Positions 52,701 to 64,000 of a stretch of DNA of 64,000 bases are shown piece after piece. How positions within the stretch are numbered: position 1 is the stretch's first letter; every line of letters starts with the position of its first letter. The stretch comes from Mobula hypostoma. Its lineage: Eukaryota. Below the pieces are notes generated by a model. The model saw only the letters and a program-made list of their open reading frames with translations. It had not been told where the DNA came from and did no database searches. The stretch spans positions 104,720,001 through 104,784,000 of the forward strand of contig NC_086097.1 of the NCBI RefSeq assembly GCF_963921235.1, in the 5' to 3' direction. A program made the position numbers and the translations under genes.

Positions 52701-54868
52701 CCCCAGGCTGTAACACGACTGCTTTGACTGGGTGTGTCACACATTCCCTTGTTTATGCTCATCATCCAGCCCAGTGCGGCCATGGGTTCCTCAAATGCAG
52801 CTCAGATCACAGGGTGAATGGATAATGTTTTCAGGAAGCTGTCTCCAACTTTCTCCTTGCAGGCCCCCACTGGTCTCCTTACAGTAGGAGTATTTATCCC
52901 CACAAGAAATGAAGCTTCACCCTTCTCTACTGAGTCCGGACAAACCAACACTAATGTATCAAGAACCTCAGATATTCTCACACCTGCCTCTGAAAACTCC
53001 AGCTTCAATGACAAGTAATCATCATACAAATAGTCATCTGTACTAAGACTCCAGATCTCCGGTGCACTGAGTGGCGTCAATGGTAAATGCGTCAAATACC
53101 AGTTGTAAAACCTACAGTACAGCAGAGTAACCTGAGAGCTGGTGTCAAGTATGGCTCTAGTATAAATACTCTCAATTTGTTGTGATACACTGCGGCTTGG
53201 CCCCACTAAGCCCAGGAATTGGGTTTCTTGCTTTAAGGTGTTCTTTGATATATTGCTGGGAACTTGTTTTTCTCACCCCCAAGATGCTGCTTCCTCACTG
53301 GGTTTCACTGCTTGGTTACCCAGGGTTCTCACTCTCCAAGGGTTTTCCCATCCTTTACACTCAAGCCTGAAGTGTGTGTCTTCGCTACAGTTATAAAAGG
53401 CAATGCCAGTCGTTCCCCTTCTCGCGGGACCCCTTTCACTTGCAGCCCTCTGCTTAGTCCGTCCACTCAAGGGGTCTGACTCCCTGTCGGCTTTATCAAG
53501 TGGGGTGGCCACACCTGCCAATAATAACTGGGACATCTCAGTCCTAAAGTCTGCCATGAGCTTCTTTACCACTCCCCAGGGTGGGCGATCAGTGGTCACT
53601 GCAGCTAAGGGAGCTACTACCTAGGTTTGTACCCTGCTGATGGAGGCCTCCCACGCCTCCATTCGTTCTCCTCCTCTCGTACTTCTCTGATCAGGTCGAG
53701 AAATTGGGGGGGGAGTGCATCTTACAAGACATTCAGAGACAGCAAGCGATCACTTCCTGTGCCTGTGCACCTTTCACCACTTGGTCCATTCTTAACTGAT
53801 TCACCTCAGGCGTTTGAAAGGTCCCTCTATGTCTCAAGCAACTCAGCTGCCTTTCTAGCTGAAAAATTCAGGTGGAAAGTTTCTCCCTATTCTCCTGAAA
53901 CGTTCTGAAACCCTGTCATGAACTCCACTGGGCTTCCTGTTGCACCAAAAGCATTTTCTAGCACTTGCATGTAACCCGGGTTCTGTGTTTTTAAGGATCT
54001 CACTATGTCAGCAGCCGGCCCCCTTAGAGTGTCTACCAATCACTGTCTTTTTACATCATCAGAGCACTGTCACTCATCCAGCATCTGAGAGCACTAGTCT
54101 GAACTAAAACAAAGTCTTTGCCATTTTGTCAAAATTCTGCTCCATAATCATAACTATTCCTAATGCTTTAACGGTACTTAAAGTCCAAATTAACAATTCA
54201 TTTGGACTACGAACGTCTTCCCCACTCAATACACACACATTCAGTACCGGTAACCCAGTGGATTTGTACCACCGCTCAACCCCTGCTGCATCCTTAACCA
54301 CGTATCTTAATCACTTTACATGCATCTTAATCAGTAGTTTAACGCAGACTTAAACACACAACCCACCGGATCAATGCTCAAGGGCAATCACACAGTATTC
54401 AACAAAATTGATCAGGGGTGATACCTCCACAAATGAAACCCTGCTGGTTTCCTTGGCTGCGTAAGTCTAGGGAAGATGTACTCCAGTCCTGCCAAATCCG
54501 TGAGATTGAGACAGCTCTACCACCCCAAACCTCGGTTCGTGTGGATGCTGTGCAATTTGCAACCCTGTTACATATACCAAATGTAATCTAAGTTGCACTG
54601 TTGCAAAACACTCTACAGCATGAGAAAATGATTAAAACTAGTTACACTTAATGTTTTTGAGAAAAATGGAAATGCATGCTTTTTTTGTTCAAGTGGCACA
54701 AAGTTAGTCTGTGCACTTGTTATACAACTGCATATAACTTCAGATTTGAGTGTGACTATTATATAATTGCCTGTATTGTAATCGGGACCATAGGATTCTG
54801 TACACTTTTTGTTAATCATCTACATATAAGTTTTCAGTTTTAAATGCCAATATCATGTATTTTCTTTA

Positions 54869-55436
54869 GTTGGTTGGTTGTTCGTCCATCGTTGACGTCG
54901 ATGAGAACCTCGACACCATTATGATGGTGTCGAGACTAGCGCGTGATTTGGATTTAAGTGAGGGAGAGTTGCGCAGCGTCAGCCTCACTCTCTCTTCCCA
55001 ATTCCCATCTGGATCCAGTGGCAAGACAGAGTCTAGACGGCTGGAGATGGGACTAGGCGCAGTGGATGACCAGGACGTCTTCTGTGTCTTGTCCTGCTCT
55101 ACACGTTCCACGACGCTTGCAGAGACCGCCTTCTTGACAGTTGGACCTTCCATAGGTCTCATCCGCTCAATCCGCCGGAGTCTGTCTTCATATGCTGGGA
55201 TAGACAACTCCCTATCACACCGAGGGTTTGAGACCCGTCGGCTACCCTCACCTGGTTTAGCTGGCTTGTCGAAGCCGTTGCCCGGGGTGTGGCCGCTGTC
55301 GCATGCAAACAGCTACGGGGAGCCACAGGTGAGAGCTGAGTGCCAGGTGGGGACCAAAGGTGGACTAACCGCCCTGAAAAGGACGTGACATGTTCCCCCA
55401 CCAGAGGTGCTACCCCTCCCTGACACCCCATACACC
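54869..55436 (-). mobile_element. Short non-autonomous RTE-derived element (5' UTR + 3' end)
   Basis: CpG-rich island in AT-rich flanks; 3' end GATGGACGAACAACCAACC preceded by an 11-bp hairpin CTCGACACCAT/ATGGTGTCGAG (54909-54934); family assignment from recalled RTE consensus sequences. Confidence 0.72.
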
Positions 55437-55719
55437 ATTAGTAATCAGGATCAGAGGATATATGAAGCAAAGTTGTTCAGAACAAGTTACCAGAGAGCAT
55501 TTTTCAGGGAAATTGCAATGTACTATATGTTTTTTGCGCTGGAAACACTCATTGAGCTTCTGTAATTTTATTCATATAACTGATACCAAAACACTCTACA
55601 GCATGAGATACATACAATAAAACTGTTTAAAACAAGTTAGCACTTAATGCTTTTAAGTTAAATCAAAATGTATACTTTTTGGCTCCCGAAACAGTGTTTT
55701 AGATTCTGTGCACTTTTTA

Positions 55720-57690
55720 GACCATAAGATCATCAGGCATTGGAGCAGAATTAGGCTATTTGGCCCATTGAGTCTGCTCTGCCATTTGAGCATGGCCAAT
55801 CCATTTCCCTCTCAGCCCCATTCTCCTGTCTCCACCTTGTAACTATCAAGAATCTATCAACATCTGTCTTGAATATATTCAATGACCTGGCCTCCACAGC
55901 TGCCTGTGACAACACATTTTACTGACTCAGCACCCTCTGACTGAAGAAATTCGTCCTTGTCTCCATTCGAAATAGATGTCCCTCTAATTTCAGGTTGTGT
56001 CTTCTGATCCCAGACTCCCCAACTATAGGGAGCATCTTCTCCATATCCACTCTATCTAGGCCTTTTGACATTCGATTGGTTTCAGTGAGATCCCCCTCAT
56101 TCTTCTAATTCCAGTGAGTATAGGCCCAGTGTAATCAAATGCTCCTCATATGATGAGCCTTTCAATCCTAAAATCATTTTTGTGAACCTCCTTTGAATCC
56201 TCTTAGATAAAGGCCCAAAACTGCTTACAATTCTGCAAGTGAGGCCTCACCAGAGCCTTAAAGCCTCAGCATAACATCCTTCTTTTTCTATTCTAGTCCC
56301 CTTGAAATGAATACTAATGTTGCATTGCCTTCCTTGCCACCGACTTAACCTTAAAGGAACCCTGCATGAGCACTTCCAAGTCCCCTTGCATCTCGGATTT
56401 TTGAATCTGTTCCTTGTTTAGAAAATAGTTTACACTTTTACTCCTTTTACCAAAGTGCATGACCATACGCTTCCTAAAACTTCATTACATCTGCCACTTC
56501 TTTACCCATTCTCCTATTTTGACAACTTCCTTCTCCAACGTCCCTGCTTCCTCAACACTACCTGCCACTCTGTTTTCGTATCATCTACAAAATTGATCAC
56601 AAAGCCATCAATTCTGTCATCCTAATCATAAAGAGAAGGGGTCCCAATACCGATCCCTGTGGAAGACCAGTAGACATTGGCAGCCAACCAGAATAGGCCC
56701 CCTTCATTCCCATTCTTTGCATCCTGTGAATGTTCTATCCATGCTAGTATCTTTTCTGTTATACAATCTTGTTAAACAGCCTCATGTGTGGCACTTTGAC
56801 AAAGGCCTTCTGAAAGTCCAGGTAAGCAACATCCAGTGACTGTCTATACTGCTTGTTAGTTCCTCAAAAAATTCCAGCTGATGTCAGTCAAGATTTCCCC
56901 TGAAGGAAACCATGCTGACTTCAGCCTACTTTATCATGTGCCTTCGATTACTTCAAAACTTCATCCTTAATAATGGACTCTCCCAACATCATCCCAACCA
57001 CTGAATCCAAGCTAATTGGCCTATAATTTCTTTTCTCCTGTCTCCATCCACTTAGAGTGGAGTGATATTTGCAATTTTCCAGTCCTCTGGAACTATTCCA
57101 GAATCTAGTGGTTCTTGAAAGGTCTTTACTCCACAATCAGCAATCTCTTCAGGGGTGTTGGCCATCTGGTCCATGTGTATCTACCTTCAGACCTTTGAGC
57201 TTCCCAAGCACCTTCTCCTTGGTAATAGCATCTAAACTCACTTCTGCCCCAGTACTCTCAAATTTCTGGCATATTGCTGGTGTTTTCCACAGTGCAGACT
57301 GGCACAAGAATACTTGTGTTCATCTACTATTGTTTTGTCCCCTATTACTACCCCTCCAATATAATTTTTCAGCAGTTTGATATCCACTCCTGCCTCTTTT
57401 TTTCTTGCTCACTCTCTTGCTTTCGCTCTCTCATCTCTTGGTATCCTCTTTTGTATTATAAGCTAGCTTTTCTCTCCTGGTTCGTTTTTAGAAGCTTGCC
57501 AATCCTCTAACTTCCCTGTGTGCATGTGTGTGTATACTTGTATACACACACACAACACATTTGCCTTCCTCACCACTGACCTAACCTGCAAGTTAACCTT
57601 TAGGGAATCCTGCACCAGGACTCCCAAACCACTTTGCGCCTCTGTTTTCTGAGTTTTTTCCCTCTTTCTACCCATAACCGTACATTTCTC
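55720..57690 (-). mobile_element. CR1-type LINE fragments, decayed
   Basis: AGACCATAAGA tail, NYRPISLDSVVG, LGVLVQDSLKVNLQ. Confidence 0.85.
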
Positions 57691-57698
57691 TGCACTAT

Positions 57699-58317
57699 GA
57701 GGAGAAGATGGCGATGCGCCTGCGTGTGCGCAGCCCTCTGGTGAAAAATGATATTGTATCTGTTAAATAGAGGCCGTGGACAATTCTGATTTGATGGAGA
57801 ATGTACGTGAAAGCACAAAGGAACATCTGGAGAAATTTCTGAAACGCCCGTTTGCTACTGTCGTTACTGTGTGGTCGGGAATCTTTCGGAGGATAAGCCT
57901 CAAAATCCCCGGCCTTGCCTGGTTTTGGCGACCGAGAGGGAGGACGAATCATTCGGACAGAGATGGTGCTCAGTATTCGGTGTCGGAGAGCTGATAAGAG
58001 CTCAAAGTTTTCAGATGACTCACAGTCGGATTGTGGTCGGGTATGGCAGGGAGAGTTTTTCTTCCTTCTCCCGTCTGCATGAGATGTGGGACATTTGAGA
58101 AACTTTGAACTTTTACTGTGCTCATGGACTTCTTCATCAAGTTGTGGTATTGTTGCACTGTGTAACTGTGTTATAATTATGTGGTTTTGTCAGTTTTTTC
58201 AGTCTTGGTCTGTCCTGTGTTTTGTGATATTACACCGGAGGAAATAATGTATCATTTCTTAATGCATGCATTACTAAATGACAATAAAAGAGGACTATGT
58301 GTCTTCATAATCTAAAA
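57699..58317 (+). mobile_element. Non-coding non-autonomous retroposon starting AAGATGGCG
   Basis: Interrupts CR1 sequence, possible 5-bp TSD ACTAT (57694-57698, 58318-58322), ends AATGACAATAAA like the Rex1/Babar 3' ends in this window. Confidence 0.55.
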
Positions 58318-58404
58318 ACTATATTCCATGTGCCCTTTCTTTGCGTATTCTTGTAATCTGTCCAAGTCCTTCTGCAGACTCCTCGTTTCCTGAACACTTT
58401 TCTC

Positions 58405-59513
58405 TACAGAAAAAGGTGTAGGAACAAGAGGCTGGTCAAGGACTACATCTGCAGCATGCTACCACCCACACGGGACCCCCTACATTCGTCTACCAACGCA
58501 ACCGATTGACAGATGATGCAATAGCCACAGCTCTACACACTGTCCTTGGACATCTGGAGAAGAAGGATGCTTATGTGAGAGTGCTGTTTTTGGTCTACAG
58601 TTCAGCATTCAACAGCATATTTCACTCCAGGTTCGACGAGAAGCTCAGAGACCTCTGCCTTCACCCTGCCATGTGTAGCTGGATCCTGGACTTCTGTCAG
58701 ATCATCGGCAGGTGTTGAGAGTGGGCTCCCTCACCTCTGCCCCTCTGACCCTCAACACAGAGCCCCCCAGGGCTGGGTCCTCCTTTACTAAATGTCGCAA
58801 AAACCAAGGAGCTGGTTGTGGACTACAGGAGGAATGGAGATAGACTAACCCGTATTGACATCAATGCATTTGGGGTTGAGAGGGTGAAGAGCTTCAAGTT
58901 CCTCAGCATATACATCACTGAGTATCTCGTGGTCTGTACGTACCGGCTGTGTGATGAAAAAGGCACAACAGCGCCTCTTTCACCGCAGACTGTTGAAAAA
59001 GTTCGGTATGGGCCCCCAAATCCTAATAACTTCCTACAGGGGCACAATGAGAACATCCTGACTGGCTGCATTACTGCCTGGTATGGGAACTGTAGTCCCC
59101 TCAATCGGAGGATTCTGCAGAGAGTGGTTCGGACAGCCCAGCAGATCTGTAGATGTGGACTTCCCACTATTCAGGACATTGACAAAGATGTGTGTAAAAG
59201 GGGTTGAAGGATCATTGGGGACCCGAGTCACCCCAACCACAAACAGTTCCAGCTGCTACCATCCGGGAAATGGTACCACAGCATAAAGGCCAGGACCAAC
59301 AGAATCCGGGACAGCTTCTTCCACTAGACCATCAGACTGATTAATTCACACTGATACAATTCTATTTCTATGTTATATTGACTGTTCTGTTGTACATTTG
59401 TATTTATTGTAAGTTACTATAATTGCCCTTTGCACATTTAGACGGAGATGTAACGTAGAGATTTTTACTCCTCATGTATATGAAGGATGTAAGAAATAAA
59501 ATCAATTCAATTC
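58405..59513 (+). mobile_element. Rex1/Babar-type LINE, decayed
   Basis: DDAIATALH...YVRVLFLVYSSAFN, ILTGCITAWYGNC; AATAAA(ATTCA)n tail. Confidence 0.85.
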
Positions 59514-60879
59514 ACTAGAGAGACTACCAGGTTCCATGAATTCCCACATCCTGCATGCACTGTGCAATGGGCAACCAAGACCAAATCTTCTCACCTGTTT
59601 CTTTGACCTAAGCTTCTTGAGTCAAAGCCTGATGTTTCTGGTCTACTCCCAACAATGGCCTGCCCTCCCTTGCCCCTTCTGTACTTTTATTTAATTCACA
59701 GTGCTCTGCCCCTGATGCTGATTGGACCTCTGGAATGTCTGAACACCCACAAAGCTCTCCTTTTATACTAGCTTTGCTGTCCTGCAAGTAACCTCCTTCA
59801 AGTGCTCTGCTCCCAACACTGATTGGACCTCTGGAGTATAATCATGGATAAATCATAAACCTTTCTCTCCCCCCCCCCCCACCCTCTTAATGGGAAAAAA
59901 TCTCCTTCATCCTTGTCTTTGTGCTTTACATCAGTTCCTCCTTTTGACATATTTCTTTCTGGAGCGAAGTTCTTGCTTTCTAAGGTGCTCACCACTGAAG
60001 GAAATTATGTCTCAGTTAATTCAAACCTCCTTTCCAGAATAAACCTTGTTTCCAGAATAAAAAGCAAATACACTGAACCTATTGGAAAATGTTTCTTAAC
60101 TATATCCTAGCTACATCTTTACATTCCTCCTGTAATATTGTGACCACTAGTATTCAGTTCTACCCTAATTGCATTGAATGACTTTGCGCATAAGACAATT
60201 TTTTGACATTTCAATTGCCACCTGATCTATTACCTTTCAATGAAGTACCCTACTCCTATTTTCTGTTAATTGTGTATCCCTTGCCTGCCCTTCTCAAGTA
60301 CATTACCTTGCACTTCAATAGATTGTATTCTACTTAATTTTCCTTTTTATTCAGGCGGTTTATATCTCCATGCAATCTACAACTTTTTCCTCATTATCAA
60401 TCAGATGGCCAGCATTTTTGTAGTGTACATCACCTCACCAAAAGTTAAGGACATAGTACTGAGCTCCGCAGAATCTCATAAGTGATTCCCTGGCAGCTGT
60501 GGTAATAATAACCCATGCCTTGATATCTCACTTCTTACCACTGCATCAATTTATTCTGTTTTTGTGACCAGTCTTCATGTGAGAGCTTAACAAAAACCTT
60601 AAGACCATATAAACAACATCCCATTTAATTATTTCAAACTCTTTCTTAAAAAAAAAATGATGCTCAACATTTCAATGCTATCTGGGTGCAGCAATAAATG
60701 TGAACTTTGAAGAGGTTTAGAGAAAGTTTTTTTAAAAATTGCAGCTTTTGTAATCTTGTGATTACATTGGTATCTCATAAATTTTTGAGATGCAGTTAAC
60801 AAAAACATTGTGTGATAGAGCAAGACCTTGACTGTGTATATTTAAGATTTGATGAGTAAAAATATGATGAGTATAACCA

Positions 60880-62560
60880 GCTAAAATCAAGTGAGTCCCT
60901 AGAGGAATATAGAGGTTGTAGGAAAGTACCAAAGGATGAAATTAAGGTTTAAAAAAGAGGCTATGGAATATCTTTGGCCGATAACATTAAGAAGTCATTT
61001 TGTAAGTATGTTTGTATGTTAGGAGCAAGTTGGTAACCAGTGAAAAGCTGTGACACCTTCAGGACCAAAAGGGTTATGTGTATGGAGTGAGTAGCCCCTA
61101 AATGAATATTTATCCGTATTCATGATGGCAAAGGAAATTTAGTGTAGTGAGTTCAAGGAGGGGTATGTCTTCTGGAGCATATCACTATTAAGAAGGTGGA
61201 GCTATGAATGTCTTGAAATATATAATGATGGATAAATCCTCGAGGCTGGATAAGATCTACCCCAGAGCGCTATGGGGACAACTAGGGCCCTGATTAACGT
61301 TTTTGCAGCTTTGTTAGCCGAAGGATGGAAGGTGGCTAATATTCTTTTATTTGAGAAAGGCATCAGGGATAAGCCAAATAGCTACAAGCCAGTGAGCCTT
61401 ACATCAGTGATGGGGAAATTATTGAATAAAATTCTATGGGATAAGATTTGGTTATACAATGTATTCTAGTTAATTGGGGCACATTGGGATCAGTACATTT
61501 TGGCCCAATTAAACAGCTGCCCCATTTTGGCTTGAGCAGCTCCAAAGGTTCATGAAAATAGTTAAAAAGGCATAAAAAGACAAACTACTGTTTAACTAAG
61601 GAACAATTTATGTATTTAAATGAAATACAGAGCAAGTTAGAACACTACCAATATTAGTTCCTAATTGTATCAACTGGTCCAGTGTATGCTGCCTGTTCTT
61701 TTGGTTGATGGTAAATTAACAAAATCGGTAGATAATGGACTGCAGTCACACAATGCTTTTGTTGATTGCATACTTCAACTTTTCATTTTCATTGTAACTC
61801 TCAAGATGATTGTCAATACCTTAATTCTTCATAATTCCTAACTTGTTGAAGTAGTGAAATAATTTCATTTCCACGCGCCTGTTTCTGGCATCACTAAGCT
61901 GAATGCTTGAAACCACGGTGAGCAAAACAGTTCCAAATTGTCTTACTGTTTATCTTGCACCACCTATCAGTGACAAGAATCACTGCTTTTTGAACACAAA
62001 CTGTTGCTATTTTAAAACTTCGTCTAAGTATAGTGTAGTGTCTAACAGTCACAAAAGTGACCACAACAGATGCAGTTAGAAACTGATTGGCAACAATGTC
62101 CTGTTCTAATTAAGCGGTATAGTGTCCCAAATACACCAAGGGAATCCTGTTTTTTTTTCCTCAGTTAATATTTGTTATTTAAAAGTTGTCCAAATTATGC
62201 AGCTGCTCTGATTAACTGATGGCACAACGAACAGAATTCACTATTTGGAAAGGTAGGGATTGACCATGGACCCTCGGTTAAAGGTAAGGCTCCATGGCAT
62301 AAAAAATGTTTGGGAACTAGTCTAGGGAAAGTTAGCATGGCTATGTGTGGGAAAGATCCTGTTGTGCTAATTTGATTGAGCTTAGTCAGATATTTGACAA
62401 GGTCTTACATGATAAGCTGGTCCAGAAGGCATATGGTATCCAAGGAAAGATGGTTGATTAGATGCAAAGTTGGCTTTGCAATGGATGGCGGCAGGTAGCA
62501 GTGGACGACGTTTTACAGATTGGAAGTATGACTAATGATGTACTGCATAGATTAAGAATG
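60880..62560 (+). mobile_element. Old CR1-type LINE fragment interrupted by a Tigger-like element
   Basis: WKVANI.LFEKG.RDKPNSYKPVSLTSVMGKLL; continues after 62243 with QHG- and FDKV-like remnants. Confidence 0.75.
61457..62243 (-). mobile_element. Tigger/pogo-like non-autonomous DNA transposon (second copy)
   Basis: TA-CAATGTATTCTAGTTAATTG terminus; reverse-complement similarity to 35275-36018 throughout. Confidence 0.72.
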
Positions 62561-62863
62561 CACATGCTGATGTTTTTTCCCCTGCAGTCAAACGTCCCCC
62601 TTATCATTGACCTTTTGTGATCCTTACAGCCTCATTCCACCTCTTTCACTTCTTTGACTGTTCTTTCTATGTATTGAATACCTCATCCTTGGTCACACTT
62701 CTGCCATGTCTCAATATATCAGTATGCTTAAATACACTACTATTCATTTGCCTTTTATTCAAATGCAGTGCATTTTGGCACAGGATATTTTTGTAATATT
62801 GATGGTCCTCTGTTTATTTTCTGCATTATGGTCCTCTTAATTTTGTTTGCCTTAAGCCATAGA

Positions 62864-63063
62864 GGGCTGGCTGGTGGTGTAGTGGCATCAGCACTGGACT
62901 TGAAGGCAGATGGTTCTGAGTTCAAACCCAGCTGGGTCCCAACCTGGGCAGCGGCAGTATCTGTGCAGAAGAAAGGCTTGGCAATCTACTTCAGTATCTT
63001 GCCATGAAAACCTATGGTCCATGAGGTCACGAAGAGTCGGACTTAACGACTGAACAAAAAAAA
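62864..63063 (+). mobile_element. SINE head type B with BovB/RTE-like tail
   Basis: Head GGCTGGCTGGTGGTGTAGTGGCATCAGC...GTTCAAACC; tail GGCAATCTACTTCAGTATCTTGCC...TCCATGAGGTCACGAAGAGTCGGAC..ACGACTGAAC. Confidence 0.8.
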
Positions 63064-63064
63064 T

Positions 63065-64000
63065 GCCCTTCAAATCAACTCTCACCATTCCATCTTAGCT
63101 GATTTATTGTCTTTCTCGTTCCCATTCTCCTTCCTTCTCCCAATAACCTTTGATATTCTTACTAATGAAGTACCTATTTTATTGAGGCTGTGGCCCCTAT
63201 TCCTAGACTTCACCACTATAGAAAACATCCTCTCCACATCCAGCCTATTTAGGCCTTTCAATATTCGATAAGTTTCAGTAAGATCCCCACCTCATTCTTC
63301 TAAATTCCAGCGAGTACAGGCCCAGAGCTATTAAATGTTCCTCAACCCTTTCATTTCCAGGATCATTCTCGTGAACCAGTTCCTTTCCTGTAGTACCATG
63401 GACTCTTATCTTTTTAAGCAGCCTCATGTGTGGCACTCTGAAAATTCAAATAAATAACATCCACTGGCTCTCTGGCTATTTGCCTGTTTCCTTAAGAATT
63501 CAAACAGATTTGTCCAGTAAGATTTTTCATGCTAACTTTGGTCTTTTTTATCATGTGCCTTCAATTACCTCAACCTCATCCTTAATGGATTTCAACATCT
63601 TCCTAGCCACTGAAGTCAGGTTAACTGGCTTATAATTTTCTGTCCTTTGCCTCCCTCCCTTTTTAGACTTCCAACTTGCACCTTGTAAGGCATGAAAATG
63701 CCCAACGCAGGCCTTTCATGGTCTGAGTCGATGTTCCCTCCCTCCCTCCCTTCTTAGAGTGGAGTGACATTTGCAATTTTCCAGCCACTGGAACCGTTCC
63801 AGAGTCCAGTGATTCTTGAAAGATGGCTACCAATGCATCCCAATCTGTTCAGACATCTAGGAATCCATCTGGTCCAGGTGACTTATCTACCTTCAAATCC
63901 TGTAGCTTCCCAAGCACATTTTCCATAGGAATAGCACTTCTGCTCCCTAGTGCTCTCAAATTTCTGACATACTGCTGATTGTCTTCGACAGTAACGACTG
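63065..64000 (-). mobile_element. CR1-type LINE fragments with an inserted SINE tail at 63664-63751
   Basis: Nucleotide similarity to the CR1 copies at 12894 and 55720. Confidence 0.8.

Larger units (their letters stand above)
45295..54572 (-). mobile_element. Ty3/Gypsy LTR retrotransposon with PNMA-like gag, decayed; hosts HERO and SINE insertions
   Basis: Order gag (PNMA-like N-terminus ~54300, degenerate CCHC FYNCSEDTHFRLEC), protease RAILDTSSQVT, RT SPIVVARKKNGKVWMCVDF, RNase H, integrase LVCMDFL/HNDQGRDFES/QPERFNQTL; PPT-like tract ~45585-45605; probable LTR remnants 45295-45580 and 54435-54572. Confidence 0.88.

Noticed and set aside
54870..55388. 172-aa ORF as a host gene
   Set aside because: Lies wholly antisense within the GC-rich RTE-derived element and has no recognisable domain
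59700..59836. Short direct repeat GTGCTCTGC...CTGATTGGACCTCTGGA x2
   Set aside because: Two copies ~100 bp apart with no further structure; likely a local duplication

Overview
Eukaryotic, repeat-saturated vertebrate genomic DNA. The repeat families (abundant CR1-type LINEs, Penelope, Rex1/Babar) suggest a cartilaginous fish, probably a ray; that is inference. The only host gene I can support is coding exon 1 of RTF1 (PAF1 complex; ATG 20127 to donor 20204, + strand) in a CpG-rich promoter. I found no exon 2, so the remaining ~44 kb is probably intron 1. Upstream lie ~8 kb of a phased 7-nt satellite (interrupted by a SINE, a hAT transposon, a solo LTR and CR1 pieces) and then a multi-kb C/T-only tract running up to the promoter. 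The intron holds nested decayed elements: many CR1, Rex1/Babar, one L1, a Gypsy with PNMA-like gag carrying a HERO-type (RLE) retrotransposon, Tigger-like relics, Penelope pieces and several SINEs. Best leads: a candidate HDV-like ribozyme fold at the 5' end of a short RTE-derived element, a complete minimal hammerhead ribozyme in sense orientation within the RTF1 intron, SINE heads with swapped tails (one BovB-like), and the rule-bound 7-mer satellite. Element boundaries were read by eye and are approximate unless a TSD is given.
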